Shown: positions 15,001 to 24,832 of the stretch, piece after piece
Layout of the letters: each line of letters starts with the position of its first letter
Numbering within the stretch: position 1 is the stretch's first letter
Assembly: GCA_964016885.1 (NCBI GenBank)
Contig: OZ024741.1
Coordinates: forward strand, 414,346,001 to 414,410,000
Origin: Eledone cirrhosa
Taxonomy: Eukaryota
Length of the DNA: 64,000 nucleotides
Reading direction: 5' to 3'
Made by a program: the position numbers and the translations under genes
The notes under the pieces: generated by a model
Told to the model about the DNA's origin: nothing
Database searches by the model: none
What the model saw: the letters and a program-made list of their open reading frames with translations, nothing else

Positions 15001-16017
15001 TGTATGTCTGTGTCTGTGTCTGTGTGTGTATGTCTGTGTCTGTGTGTATGTCTGTGTCTGTGTGTGTATGTCTGTGTGTGTATGTCTGTGTCTGTGTGTG
15101 TATGTCTGTGTCTGTGTGTGTATGTCTGTGTGTCTGTGTCTGTGTCTGTGTGTCTATGTCTGTGTGTCTATGTCTGTGTGTATCTGTCCGTGTGTCTATG
15201 TCTGTGTGTCTATGTCTGTGTGTATCTGTCTGTGTGTCTATGTCTGTGTGTCTATGTCTGTGTGTCTGTCTGTGTGTCTATGTCTATGTCTATGTCTGTG
15301 TGTCTATGTCTGTGTGTCTGTCTGTGTGTCTGTGCGTCTGTCTGTGTGTCTATGTCTGAGTGTCTGTGTCTATGTGTCTATGTCTGTGTCTGTGTCTGTG
15401 TGTGTATGTCTGTGTCTCTGTGTGTATGTCTGTGTCTGTGTCTGTGTGTCTATGTCTGTGTGTGTATGTTTGTGTCTGTGTGTCTATGTCTGTGTGTGTG
15501 TGTCTGTGTGTGTATGTCTGTGTCTGTGTGTCTATGTCTGTGTGTGTATGTTTGTGTCTGTGTGTCTATGTCTGTATGTCTGTGTCTGTGTGTGTATGTC
15601 TGTGTCTGTGTGTGTATGTCTGTGTGTGTGTATGTCTGTGTCTCTGTGTATGTCTGTGTCTGTGTGTGTATGTCTGTGTCTGTGTGTGTATGCCTGTGTC
15701 TGTGTGTGTATGTCTGTGTCTGTATGTCTGTGTCTGTGTGTATGTCTGTGTGTCTATGTCTGTGTGTCTATGTCTATGTCTGTGTGTCTATGTCTGTGTC
15801 TGTGTGTGTATGTTTGTTTTCTGTGTCTGTGTCTGTCTGTGTATCTATGTGTGTCTGTGTGTGTATGTCTGTGTCTGTGTCTGTGTGTCTATGTCGGTGT
15901 CTGTGTGTGTATGTCTGTGTCTGTGTGTGTATGTCTGTGTCTGTGTGTATGTCTGTGTGTCTATGTCTGTGTGTGTATGTCTGTGTGTCTATGTCTGTGT
16001 CTGTGTGTCTGTGTGTC
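1..16017. repeat. ~16 kb complex microsatellite built from TG, TCTG, TCTA and TCTC units (e.g. TGTCTATGTCTGTG), in an intron of the unc-79-like gene; continues past the left edge
   Basis: Directly visible low-complexity sequence. All ORFs here are C/V/S/L/M/Y (or T/D/R/H/Q) repeat translations. Rare marker words (tatgactttg, tgtgggtcta) recur at kb spacing. Confidence 0.97.
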
Positions 16018-16042
16018 TAATCTCCAGTTATCTTCCACTTAC

Positions 16043-16146
16043 CAATATCCGCCCACTCTGGCATACTCCACAGGATGAGGCAACAAACAGGACACGATGA
16101 CTTCAAAGTGAGATTTTGCAACTTTCTGAAGCCATTTCGAGATGTA
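16043..16146 (-). CDS. unc-79: unc-79-like coding exon ([35 protein letters not shown]), 104 nt
   Basis: Acceptor ttcctctttcAG and donor GTAAGT. Phase 0 start matches the preceding exon. The motif SCLLPHP.EYARVGG.W matches UNC-79 as I recall it. Confidence 0.88.
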
Positions 16147-16166
16147 CTGAAAGAGGAATTATATAA

Positions 16167-17885
16167 CATCACCATCACTGTCACTGTCACCACCACCACC
16201 ACCACCACCACTGTCACCGTCACTGTCACCACCACCACCACCACCACCACCACCACTGTCACCGTCACTGTCACCACCACCACCACCATCACTGTCACTG
16301 TCACCACCACCACCACTGTCACTGTCACTGTCACCACCACCACCACCATTACTGTCACCACCACCATTACTGTCACCACCACCACCACCATCACTGTCAC
16401 TGTCACCACCACCACCACTGTCACTGTCACTGTCACCACCACCACCACCACCACTGTCACCACCACCATCACTGTCACCACCACCACCACCATCACTGTC
16501 ACCACCACCACCACCACCACTGTCACCACCACCACCACTGTCACCATCACTGTCACCACCACCACCACCACCACTGTCACCACCACCACCACTGTCACTG
16601 TCACTGTCACCACCACCACCACCACCACTGTCACCACAACCACCGTCACCACCACCACCATCACTGTCACCACCACCACCACCACCACTGTCACCACCAC
16701 CACTGTCACCACCACCACCACTGTCACCATCACTGTCACCACCACCACCACTGTCACTGTCACTGTCACCACCACCACCACCACTGTCACCACCACCACC
16801 ACCACCACTGTCACCACCACCACCACCACCACTGTCACCACCACCACCACCACCACCACCACCACCACTGTCACCACCACCACCACCACTGTCACCACCA
16901 CCACCACCACCACTGTCACCACCACCACCACCACCACCACCACCACTGTCACCACCACCACCACCACCACCACCACTGTCACCACCACCACCACCACCAC
17001 CACCACTGTCACCACCACTATCACCACCACCACCACTGTCACCACCACCACCACCACTGTCACCACCACTGTCACCACCACCACCACTGTCACCACCACC
17101 ACCACCACCACTGTCACCACCACCACCACCACCATCACCACTGTCACCACCACCACCACCACCACCACCACCACCACCATCACTGTCACCACCACCACCA
17201 CCACCACCACCATCACTGTCACCACCACCACCACCATCACTGTCACCACCACCACCACCATCACTGTCACCACCACCACCACCACCAGTCACCACCACCA
17301 CCATCACTGTCACCACCACCACCACCACCAGTCACCACCACCACCATCACTGTCACCACCACCACCACCATCACTGTCACCACCACCACCCCCATCACTG
17401 TCACTGTCACCACCACCATCACTGTCACCACCACCACCCCCATCACTGTCACTGTCACCACTGTCACCACCACCACCCCCATCACCCCCACCACCATCAC
17501 CGGCACACCCACCCCCACCACCACCATCGCTGTCACCACCACCACTATTACCATCATCATCACCACCACCACGATCATCACCACCACCATCATTACCACC
17601 GTCACCACCATCGTCATCACCACCATCACCATCATCGTCACCACCATCGTCACCACCATCGTCACCACCATCGTCACCACCATCGTCACCACCATCACCA
17701 CCACCATCACCATCATCGTCACCACCACCATCATTACCATCGTCACCACCATCACCACCACCATCACCATCATCGTCACCACCATCGTCATCACCACCAC
17801 CATCACCATCACCATCATCGTCACCACCATCGTCACCACCATCACCACCACCATCACCATCACCGTCACCACCAACACTATCATC
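16167..17885. repeat. (CAC)n / CACTGT / CATCGT trinucleotide-based tract, ~1.7 kb
   Basis: Directly visible. It produces the spurious poly-Thr, poly-Val and poly-Gly ORFs. Confidence 0.95.
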
Positions 17886-18128
17886 ATGACAATGATGATG
17901 ATGAATAATGGAAAATGAAACAAAACACTGATGTAGAACAAATACTGAATGTGAGAAAGTATTTGAAATATCTTATTTCAAATAGTTAACTATTGATATT
18001 TTATTGATCTGTCTCCCAGTCTACCAGCTTTTAGAGACCTTGTCCAGTCCAACACATCTAAAAGCTATCAACCACTAATAGAAAATAATAATGAAATAAT
18101 ATATATTTTAAAAATCATTTCTTCCTAC

Positions 18129-18166
18129 CTCAGGTTTCAAACGTTCAAGAGCACTTCCAGCATTAT
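18129..18166 (-). CDS. unc-79: unc-79-like 38-nt micro-exon ((D)NAGSALERLKPE)
   Basis: Acceptor tttttctgcAG and donor GTAGGA. Its phase-1 start completes the G left by exon 33851-33917 (G|AT = Asp), and its phase-0 end matches the next exon. Confidence 0.82.
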
Positions 18167-18194
18167 CTGCAGAAAAATAGATATATAATTATAT

Positions 18195-18229
18195 CATCAT
18201 CATCATCATTTTACGTCCACTTTTCCCTG
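18195..18229 (-). mobile_element. Short 3' stub of an RTE-type LINE/SINE with (GAT)n tail
   Basis: catcatcatcattttacgtccacttttccctg is nearly identical to the tail junction at 24145-24182. Confidence 0.55.
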
Positions 18230-18232
18230 TTA

Positions 18233-18265
<33 letters not shown>

Positions 18266-18599
18266 CTCTCTCTATCAGTCGTGTGTCACTTCGCGGAGAA
18301 GTTTCCGTTAATTTATGTAAGGAAAAAACGTGAGTTTTTAGTTCAATTTTATATCATTGTGTAACTTGACCACCCGTCTGGACCTTCAGGTGGTGGGTCA
18401 ACTCATTTTCGCCCCTTCAGGGGCGGAATATCCATTTAAAAAATTTTTCTCCATCGAATCTTGGAAAAAATATTGTAAAATTTTGATTACGTTATGAACG
18501 CTGCGTCCAACGATAATGGTGGTGGAGAGGCGGTAAGACTACAAAGCTCGCAGTCAACAACGTCTTCTTCACTAGATACTATAGAGATGGAAAGACAAA

Positions 18600-20411
18600 A
18601 TGAAAATAAAAAAAACGAATTCACATCCAAACAACACAAATGACACCAAACAGCTCAATGACAACAAAAATAACAGCAAAACCAATAATGATGATAAAAG
18701 CAACAATGATAACAACAACAAAGAAAAAAATAAAGACAACGCCAATAACACCAGCATCAAAGACAACAACAACACCAAGGAAAATACGGATGATACCAAC
18801 ATCGGTGACAACAAGAATAACAACAAGAATAACAACAATAATGACAACACCACCAATACGGATTCCACAAAGAAACCAAAAATCTCCTTTGCGGAGAAAG
18901 TTCAAAAGAAAGAACAATTGATATATCTCGACATAACAAATGCTGAACACCTTTTAAAGGACGCTAAGAGATATGTCACCTTCGAAAAAAATGGTGCTTT
19001 CAGCATCAATTCTCCGGTAGAAATTCGCAAGGAAACTGCTCTCAAAACGATAGTTTTTAGGACAGTTTCCAATTCTACCCGAAAACCAGTCCAATTGTCA
19101 CAGAAAGATATTGAACTGGTTTTCAAAGATTCAATGAATGATATTGCATTCATTCAAAGAAGCAAACTTTTTGGGAGTATTTCGGTACTGATGAAGGATC
19201 AATTGACGGCCCAAAATTACTCTGTGTCGCCAATTGTATCCAACCTGTACACCTTTTTCCCTACATACATGGGAAAAAGGACACAAAAGATCAGAATCAC
19301 AAGTGTCACACCAAAGGTGAACATATGGTGGATACTGTGCGGCTTCATCAATTTTGATGAAGACAGAATACTGTCAGTAGGCAAGTCCCCCAGAGATGTA
19401 TTCAATGGGACTAGCATTGAAGTTCTGGTGCAAATGAGCCCAGAGCGAATAGCTATGATCCCACAGCGTGTACTCCTGGACGGACTTACCTACATAAACC
19501 TTTCGGTTGAGGGTAGGCGGCCTTCATGTTACCATTGCTTTAGCAGGGGTCACCTGAGGGCTTCCTGTCCTAAACTAATGAACCAAAAAAAGGCTCTTCT
19601 GCCAACACCCATCAAAACAACACAACCACCAACACCACCACTACAACAACAACACCAACACACAAAAATAACCACAACAAACACAGTCCCACCCAACCTC
19701 ACTCCACCTAAAACCACTGCAAAATCACATACAGACACAACAGCTCCCCAAGACATACCCCTCCCCAATCACACAGACGATACAACAGATGAGGCTATCT
19801 CGCCATCACCCAGTGAAGACGAGGGAGAACCCCATCGCTCGAAAAGAAAGAAAAGACATCACAAAAGCAAAAAACCAGCAAACACTACCACAAACATACA
19901 ACCACCAACACAAACAACAAAAATATCACAAACAAAACCCCCACCTCCTGAAAACAAAATACCTACAACAAAACGAAAGCACACACAAGAACTACAGACA
20001 AAAACAAACACAACACAAGAAAATTACACTTACACTTACATAAACACTGAAAACAAAACACTAATGGAGACCATTACGAACGACCCTTCGGTTTTCACCG
20101 AAGGGAAAACTTTCGCCCACTCTATAAAAAATAGCAAAAAAATGAACCTAAAACTGATTAGGGTCCCTATACAAACTTATAGGTCCCTAAAAGAAACATT
20201 TGAGAAGGATGTGGGGAATTCCTGCGTGAAACCACTCAACCGCGTCCTTCTCAAATGCCTCCCCACCCCAGACACCCCCATTCCACCAGACCCCACCCCA
20301 CCAAACATCTGCGTCCCCACCCCGCCGGAAACCACCACCCATCCAGACAACCCCTCCAACACCCCCATGGAAATCGTGCGGCCTGGTCCCCAGGAGGCGA
20401 AGGGTGAGTGA
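18600..20411 (+). CDS. LINE ORF1p (nucleic-acid-binding, gag-like zinc knuckle); true start probably ATG 18494 with a 1-nt slip in the A-run at ~18608-18615
   Basis: CYHCFSRGHLRASC (CX2CX4HX4C) preceded by VEGRRP. KISFAEKV motif. Asn-rich and Thr/Pro-rich low-complexity arms. Confidence 0.85.
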   Translation: MKIKKTNSHPNNTNDTKQLNDNKNNSKTNNDDKSNNDNNNKEKNKDNANNTSIKDNNNTKENTDDTNIGDNKNNNKNNNNNDNTTNTDSTKKPKISFAEKVQKKEQLIYLDITNAEHLLKDAKRYVTFEKNGAFSINSPVEIRKETALKTIVFRTVSNSTRKPVQLSQKDIELVFKDSMNDIAFIQRSKLFGSISVLMKDQLTAQNYSVSPIVSNLYTFFPTYMGKRTQKIRITSVTPKVNIWWILCGFINFDEDRILSVGKSPRDVFNGTSIEVLVQMSPERIAMIPQRVLLDGLTYINLSVEGRRPSCYHCFSRGHLRASCPKLMNQKKALLPTPIKTTQPPTPPLQQQHQHTKITTTNTVPPNLTPPKTTAKSHTDTTAPQDIPLPNHTDDTTDEAISPSPSEDEGEPHRSKRKKRHHKSKKPANTTTNIQPPTQTTKISQTKPPPPENKIPTTKRKHTQELQTKTNTTQENYTYTYINTENKTLMETITNDPSVFTEGKTFAHSIKNSKKMNLKLIRVPIQTYRSLKETFEKDVGNSCVKPLNRVLLKCLPTPDTPIPPDPTPPNICVPTPPETTTHPDNPSNTPMEIVRPGPQEAKGE

Positions 20412-20444
20412 TCTCTTTTCCTCTTTTAACTTTTCAGCACCAAC

Positions 20445-23400
20445 ATGGCCAATATAAGAGTTGGATGTGTGAACGTACGCGGCCTGGGGATGCCCTGGAA
20501 ACAGGGCAAACTCTTAAACGACCTCAGGTCGCACAGTTTGGATGTGGTAGCCATTTGCGAGTCCAGGATCCACGGCGAGCGACAGCTGGCCCCCATCTTC
20601 GATGACTTTGAGATCTACGCATCTCTCTGTCAACCGGGGGGTGGGGGCGGAGTTGCCGTTTTGCTGCGGAAACACCTGGGCCTCGTAACACAGACGGTAC
20701 ATCTGGACCCGGAGGGTCGACTGGTGGTCCTAGACGTTGACGGTAGTGAAGGTGGAGCGTTCAGGCTGGTGGCCGCATATGCCCCATCCGGGACACCGCG
20801 GCCAGACTTCTTCAAACGTCTAGAGACTTTTCTGGGAACGTCCCGCTCCTTGCTTTTAGTGGGGGACTGGAATGGAATCCTAGATGCACGTTGGGACTAT
20901 GTGGGAGCATGTCCCGATAAAGGGGGGTGTAACAGCCTCAAACAGTTAATCGACCGATTTGACCTGGCCGATAGATATCGACTAGATTTTCCGACTGCGC
21001 CACTGTGGACGTGGAGTAATCGTAGCGGAACATCTAGATCGTACCTAGATAGGGTTCTAGTTAGAAATAAGGATAGGGACATGTTAAGCTGTCCACAAAT
21101 GTTCATGGTTGCCTATTCAGATCACAAACTAGTGACCTGCATGGCCAACCTTGATAGAACCCATAGACAAGGACCCGGCTACTGGAAGCTGAACTTGTCG
21201 TTACCGACAAGCAAAGCCTACAGTAGACGGATTAGCACTTTAGTTAAACAGCACTTGACAGGGGCCATTGTCAACAACAGATGGTGGTACTCTCTCAAGA
21301 GGGCAGTTAGATTAGACTCGATAGTTTTTAGTAAAGAATTAGCGTTAGATAGAAATAGAACCGAGAAGGAACTGGTAGATAAAGTAGAAGAGGCTATTAG
21401 AAGTGGCAACGTAGCCAGCGTGCTAGCAACGAGAACGGCCTTGGACCAGTTCTTCGACGCAAAGCACGAGGGCTGCGTTGTCAGAAGCAAAATACGTGCT
21501 CTGGGAAACGAGGGAGCCAAAGCTGTTAGCTGGGCCCGAGTGACGGAGGCAAAAAGTGGCAACAAGTCCACGATTCGGTCTTTGAAGGACCAAAACGGAC
21601 GCGTGATACGTGAGCCGAAGCAGATGTGTGCGGCTTTTCAGCGGCACTTTGCTCGGCTGTTCGGGGGGAGCGGCGCGCCGGGAGAGGCTATGGATTTCGG
21701 TCCATACCTCGACGGCCTACCGCGACTCTCGGACAGCGAGGCGAAGTTCTGCGAAAAGCCGATTTCAGCCACTGAGATAGGGGACGCGCTGAGCCAATGC
21801 GGCAAACGCAAATCTCCAGGTCTCGACGGTCTACCCTACGAATTTTACGTAGCAATGCCGGACTTATTCTCCGGTCTCCTGGAAGCGGTCTACTGCAACT
21901 GGCAACAGAACGGGAGAATTCCCAATTCTGTAACCGGGGGCGTGGTCACACTAATCAGGAAGGACGAGAATAAGGGGGATGACATAGGCAACTTCCGGCC
22001 CATAACTCTGCTAAACACAGAGTTACAGATTTTGGCCAAGGTGTTGGCAAAGAGGCTGGCGCTTGTCGTCGAGAACCTGGTGGGAGAAGCGCAGACATGC
22101 GCGATCCCGACCAGGTCCATACACGACAACCTCCACCTCATGCGATACATCATAGAGAGGGTAGGGTGTAAACCCGGCTTCGGTGGGGCCCTGATCAACT
22201 TGGATCAGTCTAAGGCTTTCGATAGGGTTGACCATCGTTACCTGGATGCGGTGCTCGAGGCGGCAGGCTTCGGACCCGTGTTCAGGGGCTGGATTGCTGC
22301 AATGCACAACAGCAACATCTGCTCAAGGGTCAAGGTGAACGGTTACCTCTCGGAGCCGTTCCATATTACGCGATCCATTCGACAGGGATGCCCTCTCTCC
22401 TCCCTTCTGTACGTACTGACTCTCGAGCCACTACTGCGGAAGCTGGAGCTATTGCAGGGCATCCCTCTGGAACCGGGACTGCGGAAAGCGGCGTCGGCCT
22501 ACGCCGACGACGTGACAGTAATGGTGTCGAGCGCCTCGCAAATCGAGGAAGTCGGCACCTTACTAAAGGAATACGAAAGTCTCACAGGAGCGAAGCTGAA
22601 CCGGGACAAGTCCATCGGTTTGCAACTCGGATCGTGGAGAGGCAGACCGATGCCTTCCGATGGCGTCGTCGGACGCTGGACGGAAGGACCGGTAAAGCTG
22701 CTCGGGGTCTGGTTTGGTCCGGACCTCCAGGTGGAGAAGAACTGGAACGAAGTGACGGCCAAGGTGTTTGCACTCACCCAGAAGTGGGCCGAGTGCAAAC
22801 TATCCTTGAAAGGTCGAGCGGAGGTGGCGAACACTTTTATAGCGTCCGCCATCTACTACCGCTTGACCGTCGTGCCTTGTCCAGCCAAAACGCTCGCCAA
22901 AATGGAGCGCGCCCTCTTCCGATTCCTTTGGAAGAGGCGGGCTCCTTTGGTAAGAAGATCCATCTGCTGCCAACACCCTTCTAACGGAGGGCTGGGGATG
23001 CCGTGGTTGACGATGCGCAAACACGCGCTCAGGCTGCGGCATCTCTACGTATTCCTCACCGGACAACCGGTGTGGGCCCCGTTCGTGAGGCGAGCCTTCC
23101 CACGACTCGTCTCGCTGACCGAGCTGCAGTCCTGGGTCAAGCAGAGACCGAGGAAAATGGGCGACTGGCACATCGAATGTGCTCAGGCGCTCACAGCCCT
23201 CTGGCAGGCGGACCCGGCGATCAGTGGAGACTCCACTTCGTCATTCTATAGAGGGTTGGTCCGCAGCAAGTGCGACGACGCGCTCGGTGAAACTCTAGGC
23301 GTGGAGGAAGATGAACTGGCCAGTCTGTTCGGTAGGACCTTCCGCCCGGGACCGATGGACAACTTCCAAAAGTCCCTGGCCTGGCAGTGCTACCGAGGAG

Positions 23401-23882
23401 CTCTACCAGTTCGAGACAAGCTCTACAGACATGGGCGCCCGGGCAGGGACCCTGCAAAAAAGATCTGTCCGAGGTGCGTGCGAGACGAAGAAACCGTCGC
23501 GCACGCATTCATACACTGCCCGGGCGTCACTGACCTGTGGGGCTATGTGGAACGACTATTGTCGCGGGTGGGACCAATCCAGTTGACCACCGAGTCCATT
23601 GTCATGATCAAACCGCCACCCTCCTTCAAAAACGAAGGAGAGGCGGTTTTCCTTTGTGTGATAGCTATGGCGAAAGAGGTTGTATGGTGGACAAGGTTGA
23701 AAGGGCTGAGGTCAGACACCTTTCTCTCCGGCCAACAACTGATTCTTTTTTTCAAATACCACTTTGGAAGAAGAATCAGGATGGAGAGAGAGGTGCTGTA
23801 CCCCAGCAAGTTTTATGAAAGGTGGGTGAAAGTGGCGAGAATGGCCCGAGTGAATGGGCCTTCTCTCTATATCAGCCTGTAG
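20445..23882 (+). CDS. LINE ORF2p, 1145 aa, uninterrupted: APE endonuclease + reverse transcriptase + zinc finger
   Basis: Endonuclease motifs NVRGL, YAP, GDWN, YLDR, SDH. GPGYWKLN. RT motifs KSPGLDGL, FRPITLLN, LDQSKAFDRVDH, RQGCPLS, YADD. C-terminal CPRC..ETVAHAFIHC. Confidence 0.96.
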   Translation: MANIRVGCVNVRGLGMPWKQGKLLNDLRSHSLDVVAICESRIHGERQLAPIFDDFEIYASLCQPGGGGGVAVLLRKHLGLVTQTVHLDPEGRLVVLDVDGSEGGAFRLVAAYAPSGTPRPDFFKRLETFLGTSRSLLLVGDWNGILDARWDYVGACPDKGGCNSLKQLIDRFDLADRYRLDFPTAPLWTWSNRSGTSRSYLDRVLVRNKDRDMLSCPQMFMVAYSDHKLVTCMANLDRTHRQGPGYWKLNLSLPTSKAYSRRISTLVKQHLTGAIVNNRWWYSLKRAVRLDSIVFSKELALDRNRTEKELVDKVEEAIRSGNVASVLATRTALDQFFDAKHEGCVVRSKIRALGNEGAKAVSWARVTEAKSGNKSTIRSLKDQNGRVIREPKQMCAAFQRHFARLFGGSGAPGEAMDFGPYLDGLPRLSDSEAKFCEKPISATEIGDALSQCGKRKSPGLDGLPYEFYVAMPDLFSGLLEAVYCNWQQNGRIPNSVTGGVVTLIRKDENKGDDIGNFRPITLLNTELQILAKVLAKRLALVVENLVGEAQTCAIPTRSIHDNLHLMRYIIERVGCKPGFGGALINLDQSKAFDRVDHRYLDAVLEAAGFGPVFRGWIAAMHNSNICSRVKVNGYLSEPFHITRSIRQGCPLSSLLYVLTLEPLLRKLELLQGIPLEPGLRKAASAYADDVTVMVSSASQIEEVGTLLKEYESLTGAKLNRDKSIGLQLGSWRGRPMPSDGVVGRWTEGPVKLLGVWFGPDLQVEKNWNEVTAKVFALTQKWAECKLSLKGRAEVANTFIASAIYYRLTVVPCPAKTLAKMERALFRFLWKRRAPLVRRSICCQHPSNGGLGMPWLTMRKHALRLRHLYVFLTGQPVWAPFVRRAFPRLVSLTELQSWVKQRPRKMGDWHIECAQALTALWQADPAISGDSTSSFYRGLVRSKCDDALGETLGVEEDELASLFGRTFRPGPMDNFQKSLAWQCYRGALPVRDKLYRHGRPGRDPAKKICPRCVRDEETVAHAFIHCPGVTDLWGYVERLLSRVGPIQLTTESIVMIKPPPSFKNEGEAVFLCVIAMAKEVVWWTRLKGLRSDTFLSGQQLILFFKYHFGRRIRMEREVLYPSKFYERWVKVARMARVNGPSLYISL

Positions 23883-24142
23883 GTTGAGGAAAAGGAGGAG
23901 GAGAGGAAAGGAGTACAAGCTCTTCGTACTCCTGGAGATGAGGGTTGCACATTTTTTTCGGGGGTCTGTGTTACCCATATAAACTGTCTCCCTCTATTGG
24001 GGAAAATCGACTAACTTTTAAATTCCATCTGTGATAACATTTTACACGTTTTTATTGTATGTAAACTTCCCCCTTTGTATTTGTCCCCTTCTTTTGTGCC
24101 CCTGTGGCTAATAAAGAAATATATCTATCTATCTATCTATCT

Positions 24143-24586
24143 ATCATCATCATCATCATCATTTTACGTCCGCTCTTCCCTGCTTGCAAGGGTGGGACGG
24201 GTCTTATTCAGCACAGCATCTCTCCACTCGTCACGGTCCTTCGTCATCTCCTCCGTGAGCTTCAATGATCTGAGGTCTGTTATCACCACCTCCGCCCATG
24301 TTTTTCCTGGTCTTCCTCTACCACGTCTTCCTTCAATTGGCATTTCCTGGCACTTTTTCACCCATCGGTCATCCTCCATGCACATCACATGTCCATACCA
24401 CCTCAGTCTCCTCTCCCATACACTACATTCTATCCCTCTCAGACACAGTTTCTCTCTCAACACATTCATGCTGGGTCGTTCACGCACATTGACATTGCAC
24501 ATCCAACGGAGCATGCTTGCCTCATTTCTCTCCAGCCGTCGCATATCCTCTGCAGTTGCTGCCCATGTCTCACTACCATGCAACAT
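24143..24586 (-). mobile_element. 5'-truncated RTE-clade LINE 3' fragment with (GAT)n tail
   Basis: MLHGSETWA...RRLRWYGHV...RGRGRPGKTW; ends GGACGTAAAAT(GAT)n. Confidence 0.88.
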
Positions 24587-24618
24587 ATATATATAGTTAT
24601 ATTATATAGTTATAGTGT

Positions 24619-24790
24619 GCGGTGGATTGGCAGTATCGGTAGAGGGTCGGACGCCATGCTTTGCAGTATAGAGTTACGGCCCTTTATGATCCGAGTTCAA
24701 ATCCTGCCGAAGTTAACTTTGCCTTTCATCCTTACGGGGTCGATAAAATAAAGTACCAGTAATGTACTGGATAAAAGTAGAAACAATTAT
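24619..24790 (+). mobile_element. tRNA-derived SINE copy
   Basis: A-box-like TGGCAGTATCGG and B-box GAGTTCAAATCC (24693). The core GCCTTTCATCC...GGGGTCGATAAAATAAAGTACCAGT is shared with four other copies in the window. Confidence 0.8.
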
Positions 24791-24832
24791 ATATATATAT
24801 TATATATAATAGTTACATATAATAATTATATA

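Larger units (their letters stand above)
18277..24119 (+). mobile_element. Apparently full-length Tx1/L1-clade non-LTR retrotransposon (~5.85 kb) flanked on both sides by (TATC)n
   Basis: 5'UTR, ORF1 with CCHC knuckle, ORF2 with APE endonuclease, RT and C-terminal Cys/His finger, then a 3'UTR ending AATAAAGAAA. TATATCTATCTATC... occurs at both 18231 and 24120. Confidence 0.93.

Noticed and set aside
1-16100. Dozens of long Cys/Val/Ser/Leu-rich ORFs, up to 1027 aa
   Set aside because: The TG/TC repeat lacks stop codons in all plus frames, so these are translation artefacts of a microsatellite.
16075-17941. Mucin-like poly-Thr/Pro-Ser ORF (604 aa) and poly-Val/poly-Gly antisense ORFs
   Set aside because: They are (CAC)n repeat translations. 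The only unique part is the antisense or off-frame reading of the unc-79 exon.
20404-20437. A 34-nt intron fusing ORF1 to ORF2
   Set aside because: The GTGAGT donor at 20404 gives an out-of-frame junction. The in-frame alternative (GTGATC at 20408) is weak and would need a 30-nt intron.
20500-23980. Many short antisense and alternate-frame ORFs within LINE ORF2 (and likewise within pol, 38800-41400)
   Set aside because: These are expected shadow ORFs of GC-rich coding sequence with no recognisable motifs.
24619-24710. tRNA gene
   Set aside because: A/B boxes are present but I see no cloverleaf, and the sequence continues into a multi-copy SINE body.
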